A DNA stretch of 64,000 nucleotides from Vicinamibacterales bacterium (lineage in GTDB: Bacteria; Acidobacteriota; Vicinamibacteria; Vicinamibacterales; UBA8438): NCBI GenBank assembly GCA_965222265.1, contig CBDCTP010000003.1:3710841-3774840 (forward strand), given 5' to 3'. Made by a program: the position numbers and the translations under genes. Positions within the stretch are counted from its first letter, which is position 1. Every line of letters begins with the position of its first letter. This document shows positions 26,033 to 36,335 of the stretch, piece by piece. Below the pieces are notes generated by a model. It ran no database searches, was not told where the DNA came from, and worked only from the letters and a program-made list of their open reading frames with translations.

Positions 26033-27316
26033 ATGCTGAACGGAGCCATTCCACGTGAGCTGCTGGCTGTCGCGAGCGTCGCCGTCGCGGTGCTGCTGGG
26101 CGTGCCGGCCGCGGCGCAGGAGTTCGAGCCGGCGATCGACGAAAGGCAGCGGCGGACCGACTGTCAGGGCTGCGAGCCGTCGGCCGCCCTGTCCGACGAG
26201 CCGCGGATCTTCCACACGCAGGAGCAGAGCTTCCGGGCGGTGCCCATGACGGGCCTGGTGCGCCCGTGGGCGCTTGCCTTCCTGCCGAATGGCGACCTGT
26301 TGATCACGGAGCACGGCGGCCGGCTTCGCATCGTGCGCGACGGCGTGCTCGACCCCGAGCCGCTGGCCGGCATCCCGGAGGTGTTCACCAGGCGCCGCAA
26401 GGGGTTGATGGACATCGCACTCCATCCCCGCTTCGCGGAGAACCAGTTCGTCTACTTCACCTACCACCAGCAGAGCTCGGCGCACCGCATGGCGGGCACG
26501 CCGGTACTCGCCCGCGGCAAGTTCGAGGGGCGGGGCGCGCTCGTGGAGGTGCGCGACCTGTTCGTGGCGGAAGCGCCGTACATGGGCGGAGCCCAGACGG
26601 CTCGCATCGCGTTCGGGCCGGACGGCAAGGTGTACATGGTCATCGGTGTCCCGACCCGCAACCCGGTGGGCCAGGCCGAGAGCGCCCAGGACCCGGCCGA
26701 CCACGCCGGCAAGGTGCTGCGGCTGAACGACGACGGAACCGTTCCCGAGGACAACCCGTTCGTCGACACGCCGGGCCACCGGCCGGAGATCTACGCGCTC
26801 GGCATCCGCAACGCGAACGGGCTCGCGTTCCACCCGGAGACCGGCGAGCTGTGGGAGACGGAGAACGGCCCCCAGGGCGGCGACGAGGTGAACATCATCC
26901 GCGCCGGCGCCAACTACGGCTGGCCGGTCGTCTCGTACGGACGGGCGTACTCCGGCGATCTCACCGGCACGTACTCCGGGCCGCAGCAGACCGCCCGGCA
27001 AGCGGAGGGCATCGACGACCCGGTCTTCTTCTGGAGCCCGTCGATCTCGCCGGCGGGCATGCTGTTCTACACGGGCGACCGCTTTCCGAACTGGACCGGA
27101 GACCTCTTCGTCGGCGCGCTGCGCGGGCGGGAGGTGCAGCGCCTGATCTTCAACGATCGCGGCCTGCTGGTGCGCCAGCAGTCGCTGCTGCGCGAGTTCA
27201 GGCAGCGCATTCGGGAGGTGAGGCAGGGGCCGGACGGCCTGATCTACGTGCTGACCGACGAGGAGGACGGCGCGCTGCTCCGGCTCGAGCCGGTCGACGC
27301 GGAGGCGGCGCCGTAG
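26033..27316 (+). CDS. PQQ-dependent sugar dehydrogenase, paralogue 2
   Basis: Start at ATG 26033 (MLNGAIPRELL...). It is highly similar to 20438..21703 along the whole length, including about 80 nt of 5' leader. Confidence 0.88.
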   Translation: MLNGAIPRELLAVASVAVAVLLGVPAAAQEFEPAIDERQRRTDCQGCEPSAALSDEPRIFHTQEQSFRAVPMTGLVRPWALAFLPNGDLLITEHGGRLRIVRDGVLDPEPLAGIPEVFTRRRKGLMDIALHPRFAENQFVYFTYHQQSSAHRMAGTPVLARGKFEGRGALVEVRDLFVAEAPYMGGAQTARIAFGPDGKVYMVIGVPTRNPVGQAESAQDPADHAGKVLRLNDDGTVPEDNPFVDTPGHRPEIYALGIRNANGLAFHPETGELWETENGPQGGDEVNIIRAGANYGWPVVSYGRAYSGDLTGTYSGPQQTARQAEGIDDPVFFWSPSISPAGMLFYTGDRFPNWTGDLFVGALRGREVQRLIFNDRGLLVRQQSLLREFRQRIREVRQGPDGLIYVLTDEEDGALLRLEPVDAEAAP

Positions 27317-27397
27317 CCACCCCGGGGCGTCGCGCCGCGTGAGAGGCTTCGCATGCGGGGCTCGAAGGGGAGCGGCCTGGGCGGCCAGGCACGGAAA

Positions 27398-27427
27398 TTG
27401 ACAGCCCGTTGCACCGTCTGCTAGGGT
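27398..27427 (+). promoter_or_regulatory. Candidate sigma70-type promoter of the trp/aro leader
   Basis: TTGACA (27398-27403), 18-nt spacer, TAGGGT (27422-27427). The leader ATG at 27438 would be at or very near the transcript 5' end. Confidence 0.45.
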
Positions 27428-27437
27428 CAGGCATCAC

Positions 27438-27548
27438 ATGATCTCCGGTCGAGCCTTGCGCTACGCCCGTTTCGGTTACGCCACGGCCAGTTGCGGCTGG
27501 TGGTGGCGCTACGTGTTCAGCGTGCCCGCTGGAGGGGCTGACATGTAG
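27438..27548 (+). CDS. Trp-rich leader peptide (trpL-like), 36 codons
   Basis: Below the track size cut-off. ATG 27438 ... TAG 27546-27548 encodes MISGRALRYARFGYATASCGWWWRYVFSVPAGGADM, with TGG TGG TGG at 27498-27506. It is followed by an intrinsic terminator and lies upstream of the Trp biosynthesis genes. Confidence 0.7.
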   Translation: MISGRALRYARFGYATASCGWWWRYVFSVPAGGADM

Positions 27549-27585
27549 GCCGGCAGGTCGACATTCAGGACGAGACGGATTTTCG

Positions 27586-27622
27586 AGCCTCTTCAGCCGC
27601 AACGGTTGAAGAGGCTTTTTTT
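27586..27622 (+). terminator. Intrinsic terminator (attenuator) upstream of aroDE
   Basis: AGCCTCTTCA (27586-27595) pairs with TGAAGAGGCT (27607-27616). The stem is extended by G-U plus CCG/CGG, with loop CAA, and is followed by a T-run to 27622. It lies 19 nt before GTG 27641. The alternative pairing CTGGAGGGGCT (27529-27539) with AGCCTCTTCAG (27586-27596) would form an antiterminator. Confidence 0.8.
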
Positions 27623-27640
27623 GTCGGAAACGGTGAGCGG

Positions 27641-29098
27641 GTGCGAGCCAGGCTGTGCGCGACGGTAACGGGCCGAACGATGGCGGAGCTGCGGGCGCGC
27701 CGCGACGGGACGGACGGGGCGGACCTGGTCGAGCTGCGCCTCGATCAGGTGCGCGACCCGGATGTCGCCGCCGCGCTCGCGGGCCGGCGCACCCCCGTGG
27801 TGGTGACCTGCCGGCCCGCCTGGGAGGGAGGCGGCTTCCGCGGCTCCGAGGAGGAGCGCCGCGGCCTGCTCGAGCGGGCGCTGGAGCTCGGCGCCGACTA
27901 CGTCGATCTGGAATGGCGGGCCGGACTGGACGACCTGATTCGGGCCCGGCGCGGGCGGAACGTCGTCCTGTCGACGCATGATTTCGAGCGGATGCCCGGC
28001 GACCTCGCCGACCGCTACCGGGCCCTGCGGGCGACCGGCGCCGAGGTCGTGAAGATCGCCGCCCGGGCGCGCAGCCTGACCGAGACCCTGGCCCTGCTGG
28101 AGGTCGGCGCCGGCGAGCCGGGCCGCGTGCTGGTCGCGATGGGGCCGGCGGGCACGGCGTCCCGCGTGCTGCCCGACCGCTTCGGGTCGGCCTGGACCTA
28201 CGCCGGCGACGGCGTCGCCCCGGGTCAGATCGCCCTGCGCCGCATGCTCGACGAGTTCCGGGTCCGCTCGGTCTCGGACTCGACACGGCTGTACGGCGTG
28301 CTCGGTGCGCCGGTAGGGCACTCGCTGTCGCCCGCGATGCACAACGCCGCCTTCGCCGCCGCCGGGTGCGATGCCATCTACCTGCCCCTGGAGGCGGCGA
28401 GCGCGGACGACTTCTGGACGTTCGCGCGGGCGCTGAGGCTGCGCGGCGCGAGCGTGACGGCGCCCTTCAAGGAGGCCGTTCTGCCGGGCCTGGCCGCGAC
28501 GGACGCGCTGGTGCGTCAGGTCGGCGCCGCCAACACCCTGCGGATCGGCGAGCGCGGGTGGGAGGGTATCAACACGGACGTGCCGGGCTTTCTGGAGCCG
28601 CTGGCCGGCCGCATGGCGCTGCAGGGCAGCCGTGCGACCGTGCTCGGCGCCGGCGGCGCGGCGCGCGGCGTGGCGGTGGCGCTCGACGGCGCGGGGGCGC
28701 AGATCACGGTCTGCGCGCGCAACGCCGAGCGCGCCGCCGGCGTGGCGCGGCTGGTCGGCGGCAGCGCCCGCGGGCTGCCGCCGGCGGCCGGCTCGTGGGA
28801 CCTGCTCGTCAACACGACGCCGGTCGGCACGGCCCCCGGCGTCGGGGACAGCCCGCTGCCCGGGGGACCGTTCGACGGCCGCCTGGTGTACGACCTGGTC
28901 TACAACCCGGCCACGACCCGGTTGCTGGCGGACGCGTCGGCCGCCGGATGCGGCATCCTCGGCGGGCTGCCGATGCTGGTGGCCCAGGCCGTCAGGCAGT
29001 TCGAATGGTGGACGGGCAAGGCCGCGCCGCGCGACGCGTTCGCGGCGGCGGCGCGGCGGCGGCTGGCCGCAGCGGAAGACCAGGAGTCTGCGCCGTAG
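27641..29098 (+). CDS. aroDE: Bifunctional 3-dehydroquinate dehydratase (type I) / shikimate 5-dehydrogenase
   Basis: 485 aa. The N-terminal half is AroD-like (LVELRLDQV..., VVLSTHDF..., VKIAA). The C-terminal half is AroE-like (LYGVLGAPVGHSLSPAMHNAAF, VTAPFKEAV, GAANTL, INTDVPGF, VLGAGGAARGVAVAL, LVNTTPVG). The last codons, QESAP*, lie inside repeat copy C. Confidence 0.9.
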   Translation: MRARLCATVTGRTMAELRARRDGTDGADLVELRLDQVRDPDVAAALAGRRTPVVVTCRPAWEGGGFRGSEEERRGLLERALELGADYVDLEWRAGLDDLIRARRGRNVVLSTHDFERMPGDLADRYRALRATGAEVVKIAARARSLTETLALLEVGAGEPGRVLVAMGPAGTASRVLPDRFGSAWTYAGDGVAPGQIALRRMLDEFRVRSVSDSTRLYGVLGAPVGHSLSPAMHNAAFAAAGCDAIYLPLEAASADDFWTFARALRLRGASVTAPFKEAVLPGLAATDALVRQVGAANTLRIGERGWEGINTDVPGFLEPLAGRMALQGSRATVLGAGGAARGVAVALDGAGAQITVCARNAERAAGVARLVGGSARGLPPAAGSWDLLVNTTPVGTAPGVGDSPLPGGPFDGRLVYDLVYNPATTRLLADASAAGCGILGGLPMLVAQAVRQFEWWTGKAAPRDAFAAAARRRLAAAEDQESAP

Positions 29099-29214
29099 AA
29101 CCGGTGCAGACTCCGCAAGGCGCGCACGGCGCGCCTCGGCGGGAGCGGCGCGGGGCGCAGGGGTCCCCGCAAGTGGACGCCGGGGGTTCGGGGCAAAGCC
29201 CCGTCTGAGTAAAG
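29081..29214 (+). repeat. GC-rich multi-hairpin repeat, copy C (inside the operon, between aroDE and trpE)
   Basis: Same family. The aroDE stop TAG (29096-29098) lies in the hairpin-1 loop GCCGTAGAACCGGT. The element's right end abuts trpE ATG 29215. Confidence 0.9.
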
Positions 29215-30729
<1,515 letters not shown>

Positions 30730-30734
30730 GCGTC

Positions 30735-31301
<567 letters not shown>

Positions 31302-32324
31302 ATGTTTGCCGGCCTCATCGAGAAGCTGCAGCGGCGCCGCGATCTGACGGAGCAGGAGGCGGCCGCGGCGATGACCGAGATCATGGCCGGGCGGGCGGTT
31401 CCGGCGCAGATCGCCGGATTGCTCATCGGCCTGTCGATGAAGGGCGAGCGCCCGGACGAGATCGTCGGTCTGGCCAGGACCATGCGCGCGGAGTCGGTCG
31501 CTCTGACCCGTTCCTTCAGCGGCGCGTTCGACACCTGCGGGACCGGCGGCGACGGGCTGGGCACGTTCAACGTGTCGTCGCTGGCCGCGCTGGTGCTGGC
31601 TGCCTGCGGCGTGCGCGTGGCCAAGCACGGCAACCGCTCGGTGTCGAGCCGCTGCGGCAGCGCCGACCTGTTCGCGGCGTTGGGCGTCGACGTGTCGGCT
31701 CCGCCGGCGGTGGTCGAGCGGTGTTTGGCCGATGTCGGCATCGCCTTCTTCTTCGCGCCCACGTTCCACCCGTCGATGCGGCATGCAGGCCCGACGCGGC
31801 GCGAGCTGGGAGTGCGCACGACGTTCAACCTGCTGGGTCCACTCACGAATCCGGCAGGCGCGACGCGGCAGGTGATCGGTGTGCCGAGCCCGGAGTACAC
31901 GGACCTGATCGCGCATGCCCTCGTGCGGCTCGGATCCGAGCACGCGTGGGTGGTGCATGGCGCCGAGGGGCTCGACGAAATCTCCGTCGGCGGGCACACC
32001 AAGGTCTCGGAATGCCGGGACGGTGCGGTGCATACCTTCTACCTGCACCCGGCCGATTTCGGGGTGGAGCCCGCGTCGCTCGAGCGCGTGCGCGTTGCGG
32101 GCCTCGAGGAGAGCGTCGCGATGGCCCGCAGCGTGCTGGACGGCGAGCCCGGCGCCGCGCGCGACTTCGTGGTGGTCAACGCGGCGGCCGGACTGCTCGT
32201 CGCGGGACGCGCTTCGTCGCTCCGTGAGGGGACGCGGATGGCGGCCGCAGCCCTCGACGACGGATCGGTCGCAGCCAGGCTGCGGGAGCTGGCCGACGCG
32301 TCGACGGCGGTGGCGGAGCCTTGA
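31302..32324 (+). CDS. trpD: Anthranilate phosphoribosyltransferase
   Basis: 340 aa. Contains FDTCGTGGDGLGTFNVS, KHGNRSVSSRCGSADL and NLLGPLTNPA. Its ATG directly follows the trpG TAG. Confidence 0.95.
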   Translation: MFAGLIEKLQRRRDLTEQEAAAAMTEIMAGRAVPAQIAGLLIGLSMKGERPDEIVGLARTMRAESVALTRSFSGAFDTCGTGGDGLGTFNVSSLAALVLAACGVRVAKHGNRSVSSRCGSADLFAALGVDVSAPPAVVERCLADVGIAFFFAPTFHPSMRHAGPTRRELGVRTTFNLLGPLTNPAGATRQVIGVPSPEYTDLIAHALVRLGSEHAWVVHGAEGLDEISVGGHTKVSECRDGAVHTFYLHPADFGVEPASLERVRVAGLEESVAMARSVLDGEPGAARDFVVVNAAAGLLVAGRASSLREGTRMAAAALDDGSVAARLRELADASTAVAEP

Positions 32325-33166
32325 GCATGGTCGAGAATCTCGCCGGGCGGAGCCAGGCGGCGCGAGCTCCGGATCTGCTCGCGGCGATCGTGGCCGCCAC
32401 CCGGCGCGAGGTGCTGCTGCGCGAGGAGCAGGTGAGCAGGGCGGCCCTGGAGCGGGCGGCGGCCCGCCGTGCGCCGCGGGCCGACGCGTTTCGCGCCGGC
32501 CTGGCCGCGGGCGGCCGCTTCAACGTCATCGCAGAATGCAAGCGGCGGTCGCCGTCGCGGGGAGTCCTGCGCGCGGACTACCGGCCGGAGCGGATCGCGC
32601 GGGAGTACGCGGGCGCCGGCGCCGCGGCCGTTTCGGTGCTGACGGAGCCGACGTTCTTCGACGGCAAGCTGAGCGATCTGGCGGCCGTCCGCGCCGCCAC
32701 CGAGTTGCCGCTGCTGCGCAAGGACTTCATCGTGTCGCGCTATCAGCTGCTCGAGGCGCGCGTGGCGGGGGCCGATGCCGTGCTGCTGATAGTGGCCGCC
32801 CTCGACGAGTCCCGGTTGCGCCTGCTGCATGGCGCGGCCGCGGAGTACGAGCTGGCCGTCCTCGTCGAGGTCCACGACGCCGCCGAGCTGTCGCGCGCGC
32901 TCGACGCCGGCGCGCGGATCGTCGGCGTGAACAATCGCGATCTGCGGACGCTGGAGGTCGACATCGAGGCATCGCATGCGCTGATCGAGGAGATCCCGGC
33001 AGCGACGGTTTCCGTGGCCGAGAGCGGGCTGCGCAGCGCCCTGGATCTGGTCGAGCTGCGCCGGGCCGGGTACGACGCGTTCCTGATCGGCGAGTCGTTG
33101 ATGACCCGCGAGAGCCCCGGCGAGGCGCTGGCGGCGCTGCTGCGCGCCGCAACCGCGGCGGCATGA
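32321..33166 (+). CDS. trpC: Indole-3-glycerol phosphate synthase
   Basis: Track start TTG 32321 overlaps the trpD stop. ATG 32327 is an alternative start. Contains NVIAECKRRSPSRG, LTEPTFFDG, LRKDFIV and VGVNNRDLRTLEVD. Confidence 0.93.
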   Translation: MSMVENLAGRSQAARAPDLLAAIVAATRREVLLREEQVSRAALERAAARRAPRADAFRAGLAAGGRFNVIAECKRRSPSRGVLRADYRPERIAREYAGAGAAAVSVLTEPTFFDGKLSDLAAVRAATELPLLRKDFIVSRYQLLEARVAGADAVLLIVAALDESRLRLLHGAAAEYELAVLVEVHDAAELSRALDAGARIVGVNNRDLRTLEVDIEASHALIEEIPAATVSVAESGLRSALDLVELRRAGYDAFLIGESLMTRESPGEALAALLRAATAAA

Positions 33167-33828
33167 ACATGGTGAAGGTCAAGGTCTGCGGCATCACACG
33201 GCTGTCGGACGCGCTACTGGCCAGCGATCTGGGGGCGTCGGCGATCGGCTTCGTCTTCTGGGAGCGCAGTCCGCGGGCGGTCGATCCGCGGTCGGCGGCG
33301 CGGATAGCGGCCCGGGTGCCGGTCGACGTGGCGCCGATCGGCGTGTTCGTCGACGCGTCGCCGGCGTGGGTCCGGGACGTCGCGCAGCACGTCGGTCTGG
33401 CGGCGGTCCAGCTGCATGGCGACGAGCAGGTCGAGCGTTGGACCGATCTGCCGGCGCGGGTCATCAAGGCGGTGGGCGTGCGCTCGACGGCCGATGTGGA
33501 GGCGGCGCTGCGGCTGCCGGCGCACGTGACCGTCCTGCTCGACGGGCACGACCCTGTCCGGCGCGGCGGCACGGGACGGACGCTGGACTGGACGCTCGCC
33601 GCCGAGGTGGCCCGCGGGCGGCGGACATTTCTGGCCGGTGGGCTGCGGCCCGAGAACGTGTCGGCGGCGATCGCGGCGGTCGGCCCGTACGGGATCGACG
33701 CGTCGTCGGGACTCGAGGCGTCGCCGGGCGTCAAGGCGCCGGACAGGCTGCGGGCCTTTTTCGCCGCGGTCCGGGCCGCGGCGGCGGCCGGAGGGATGGT
33801 GGACGAAACCGATGGGCAATGCTGCTGA
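33163..33828 (+). CDS. trpF: Phosphoribosylanthranilate isomerase
   Basis: ATG 33163 overlaps the trpC stop (ATGA). [17 protein letters not shown]..., AVQLHGDE and ...[11 protein letters not shown]... The longer track ORF 31915..33828 is a shadow extension. Confidence 0.9.
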   Translation: MNMVKVKVCGITRLSDALLASDLGASAIGFVFWERSPRAVDPRSAARIAARVPVDVAPIGVFVDASPAWVRDVAQHVGLAAVQLHGDEQVERWTDLPARVIKAVGVRSTADVEAALRLPAHVTVLLDGHDPVRRGGTGRTLDWTLAAEVARGRRTFLAGGLRPENVSAAIAAVGPYGIDASSGLEASPGVKAPDRLRAFFAAVRAAAAAGGMVDETDGQCC

Positions 33829-35044
33829 CACCCCACTGCCCGTGTTCGGGCAGAGAGACCCGGACGAGCGCGGCTACTTCGGGCCGTACGGCGGCCGCTT
33901 CGTGCCGGAGACGCTCGTCGAGCCCGTCGAGGCGCTCGAGCGCGCCTACCTGGCGGCCCGGCGCGATCCCGCGTTCGGCCGGGAGCTGTCCGCGCTGCTG
34001 ACACGCTATGCGGGCCGCCCGACGCCGCTCTGGGAGGCTACGCGGCTGGCGGCCGATGCGGGTGGGGCACGCCTCTTTCTGAAGCGCGAGGACCTCGCGC
34101 ACACCGGCGCCCACAAGATCAACAACGCCCTCGGCCAGGCGCTGCTCGCCGGCCGCATGGGCAAGCAGCGCGTGGTGGCCGAGACCGGCGCCGGCCAGCA
34201 CGGCGTGGCGACGGCGACCGCGTGTGCGCTCCTGGGACTCCGCTGCGAGGTCTACATGGGCACGGAAGACATGCGGCGGCAGGCGCTCAACGTCGTCCGC
34301 ATGCACCTGCTGGGCGCGACGGTCACCGGTGTCGAGGGGGGCAGCCGCACGCTCAAGGACGCCATCAACGAGGCGATGCGCGACTGGGTCACGAACGTCG
34401 GCGACACCTACTACCTCCTGGGATCGGTCCTCGGCCCGCACCCGTATCCGCTCATGGTCAGGGAGTTCCAATCGGTGATCGGACGGGAGGCGCGCGCGCA
34501 GTTCGCGGCGCAGGTGGGCCGGGCTCCCGATGTCGTCGTCGCCTGCGTCGGCGGAGGCAGCAACGCGCTCGGCATATTCGACGGCTTCGTCGCCGACGAA
34601 GCCGTCCGGCTCGTCGGCGTGGAAGCCGGGGGAGAGGGGCTGGTGCCGGGACGCCACGCCGCCCGCTTCGCCACCGGGACCGCGGGCGTGCTGCAGGGCA
34701 CCCGCAGCTACGTGCTCCAGGACGTTCACGGCAACATCGATCCGACTCACTCGGTCTCGGCGGGGCTGGACTATGCCGCGGTCGGTCCCGAGCACGCCTG
34801 GCTCCGCGACCTGGGACGGGCGGAGTACACGCACGTCTCCGACGCCGAGGCGCTGGCTGCGTTCGAGCGTCTCGGCCGCCTGGAAGGGCTTCTCCCTGCG
34901 CTCGAGTCGGCCCATGCGGTGGCGTACGCGTGCCGGTTGGCGGCGGAGCTCGGCAAGGACCGGGCGATCCTGATCAACCTGTCGGGGCGGGGCGACAAGG
35001 ACGTCGAAACGATCAGCGGCCGCAAGGCCGGTCAGGAAGCGTAG
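33812..35044 (+). CDS. trpB: Tryptophan synthase beta chain
   Basis: ATG 33812 ([35 protein letters not shown]). Contains [28 protein letters not shown] and GGGSNALG. Overlaps the trpF end by 17 nt. Confidence 0.95.
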   Translation: MGNAADTPLPVFGQRDPDERGYFGPYGGRFVPETLVEPVEALERAYLAARRDPAFGRELSALLTRYAGRPTPLWEATRLAADAGGARLFLKREDLAHTGAHKINNALGQALLAGRMGKQRVVAETGAGQHGVATATACALLGLRCEVYMGTEDMRRQALNVVRMHLLGATVTGVEGGSRTLKDAINEAMRDWVTNVGDTYYLLGSVLGPHPYPLMVREFQSVIGREARAQFAAQVGRAPDVVVACVGGGSNALGIFDGFVADEAVRLVGVEAGGEGLVPGRHAARFATGTAGVLQGTRSYVLQDVHGNIDPTHSVSAGLDYAAVGPEHAWLRDLGRAEYTHVSDAEALAAFERLGRLEGLLPALESAHAVAYACRLAAELGKDRAILINLSGRGDKDVETISGRKAGQEA

Positions 35045-35848
35045 ATGTCGCGCATCGACGAGACGTTCACACGGCTGCGGTCGGATGGCCGGACAGGTCT
35101 GGTGACCTTCGTCACCGCCGGCGATCCGGACATGGAGCGCTCGGCGCTCGTGCTCGAGACGCTGGACCGGGCGGGGGCGGACGTGCTGGAGGTCGGTATT
35201 CCGTTCTCCGATCCGCTGGCGGACGGCCCGGCAATCCAGCGGTCGTCGGAGCGGGCGCTCGCGGCCGGCACGACGCTGGCGTCGAGCCTGGACCTGGTAG
35301 GGCGCGTCCGGCCCCGGATCGACGGCGCGGTGGTCGTCTTCAGCTACGTTAATCCGGTGCTGGCGATGGGACTCGATCGCTTCGTCCGGCGGGCGGCCGA
35401 CGCCGGCGTCGACGGGGTGCTGGTGCTCGACCTGCCGATCGAGGAGGCCGACGATCTGCGCGACGCGGCGGTCAGCGTGGCGATCGACCCCATCTTCCTG
35501 CTGAGCCCGACGACGACGGAGGCGCGTATTCGGCGCGCCGCAACACTGGGCCGGGGCTTTCTGTACGGCATCTCGCGATTGGGCGTCACGGGCGAGCGCG
35601 ATACGATTGCAACGGGCGCCCGCGAGCTGGTCGGGCGCATCCGGGCAATCACGGAGCTGCCTGTCGCGCTCGGTTTCGGCATCTCGCGTCCCGAGCACGT
35701 GGCCCAGGTCGGCGCCTGGGCGGACGCCGCGGTGGTCGGGAGCGGGCTGGTGAACACGGTGGCGCGGGCATCGCGCGGCGGCGACCTGGCAGGCGAGGTG
35801 GACCGCTACATACGTTGGTTGAAGGGCGGGAGCTCGACAAGCCGATGA
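35045..35848 (+). CDS. trpA: Tryptophan synthase alpha chain
   Basis: 267 aa. Contains LVTFVTAGDP, LEVGIPFSDPLADGPAIQ and GFGISRPEHV. Its ATG directly follows the trpB TAG. Confidence 0.95.
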   Translation: MSRIDETFTRLRSDGRTGLVTFVTAGDPDMERSALVLETLDRAGADVLEVGIPFSDPLADGPAIQRSSERALAAGTTLASSLDLVGRVRPRIDGAVVVFSYVNPVLAMGLDRFVRRAADAGVDGVLVLDLPIEEADDLRDAAVSVAIDPIFLLSPTTTEARIRRAATLGRGFLYGISRLGVTGERDTIATGARELVGRIRAITELPVALGFGISRPEHVAQVGAWADAAVVGSGLVNTVARASRGGDLAGEVDRYIRWLKGGSSTSR

Positions 35849-36201
35849 CCGACAAGCCGAAGGATCCGGCGGACGACCAGGACAGCGCGACGGCGGACGC
35901 GGCGGGGCAGATGCGCCAGTTTCGGGAGCGCATCGACCGGCTGGACGCCGAGATCGTCCGGTTGTTGAACGCTCGCGCGGAATGCGCCCTGGCGCTCGGC
36001 CGGCTCAAGGAGGCGGTCGGTCTGGACACCTACCAGCCGGACCGGGAGCTTGCGGTGCTCGCGCACGCGCGGGCGACGAACGACGGGCCGCTCGATGCCG
36101 GCGCCATCACGCGCCTGTTCGAGCGCATCATCGACGAGAACCGCCGGCTCGAGCGGCTGGCGGAGTGCAAGGACACGCCCTCGCAGGAGTCTGCGCCGTA
36201 G
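35845..36201 (+). CDS. Chorismate mutase (AroQ class)
   Basis: Start ATG 35845 overlaps the trpA stop (ATGA); the track offers 35815. FRERIDRLDAEIVRLLNARAECALALGRLK and RELAVLAHAR...ITRLFERIIDENRRLE match the CM_2 helices. The C-terminal QESAP* is encoded by repeat copy D. Confidence 0.85.
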   Translation: MTDKPKDPADDQDSATADAAGQMRQFRERIDRLDAEIVRLLNARAECALALGRLKEAVGLDTYQPDRELAVLAHARATNDGPLDAGAITRLFERIIDENRRLERLAECKDTPSQESAP

Positions 36202-36318
36202 AAGGTGCAGACTCCGCAAGGCGCGCACAGCGCGCCTCGGCGGGAGCGGCGCGGGGCGCAGGGGTCCGCGCAAGCGGACGCCGGGGGTGCGGGGCGCAGC
36301 CCCGTTTGATTGAAGCTA
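36184..36318 (+). repeat. GC-rich multi-hairpin repeat, copy D (inside the operon, between chorismate mutase and DAHP synthase)
   Basis: Same family. The stop TAG 36199-36201 lies in the hairpin-1 loop GCCGTAGAAGGT. Hairpin 3 is perfect here (GTCCGC GCAA GCGGAC). Confidence 0.9.
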
Positions 36319-36335
36319 TGGAGGTTGCAGAACCT

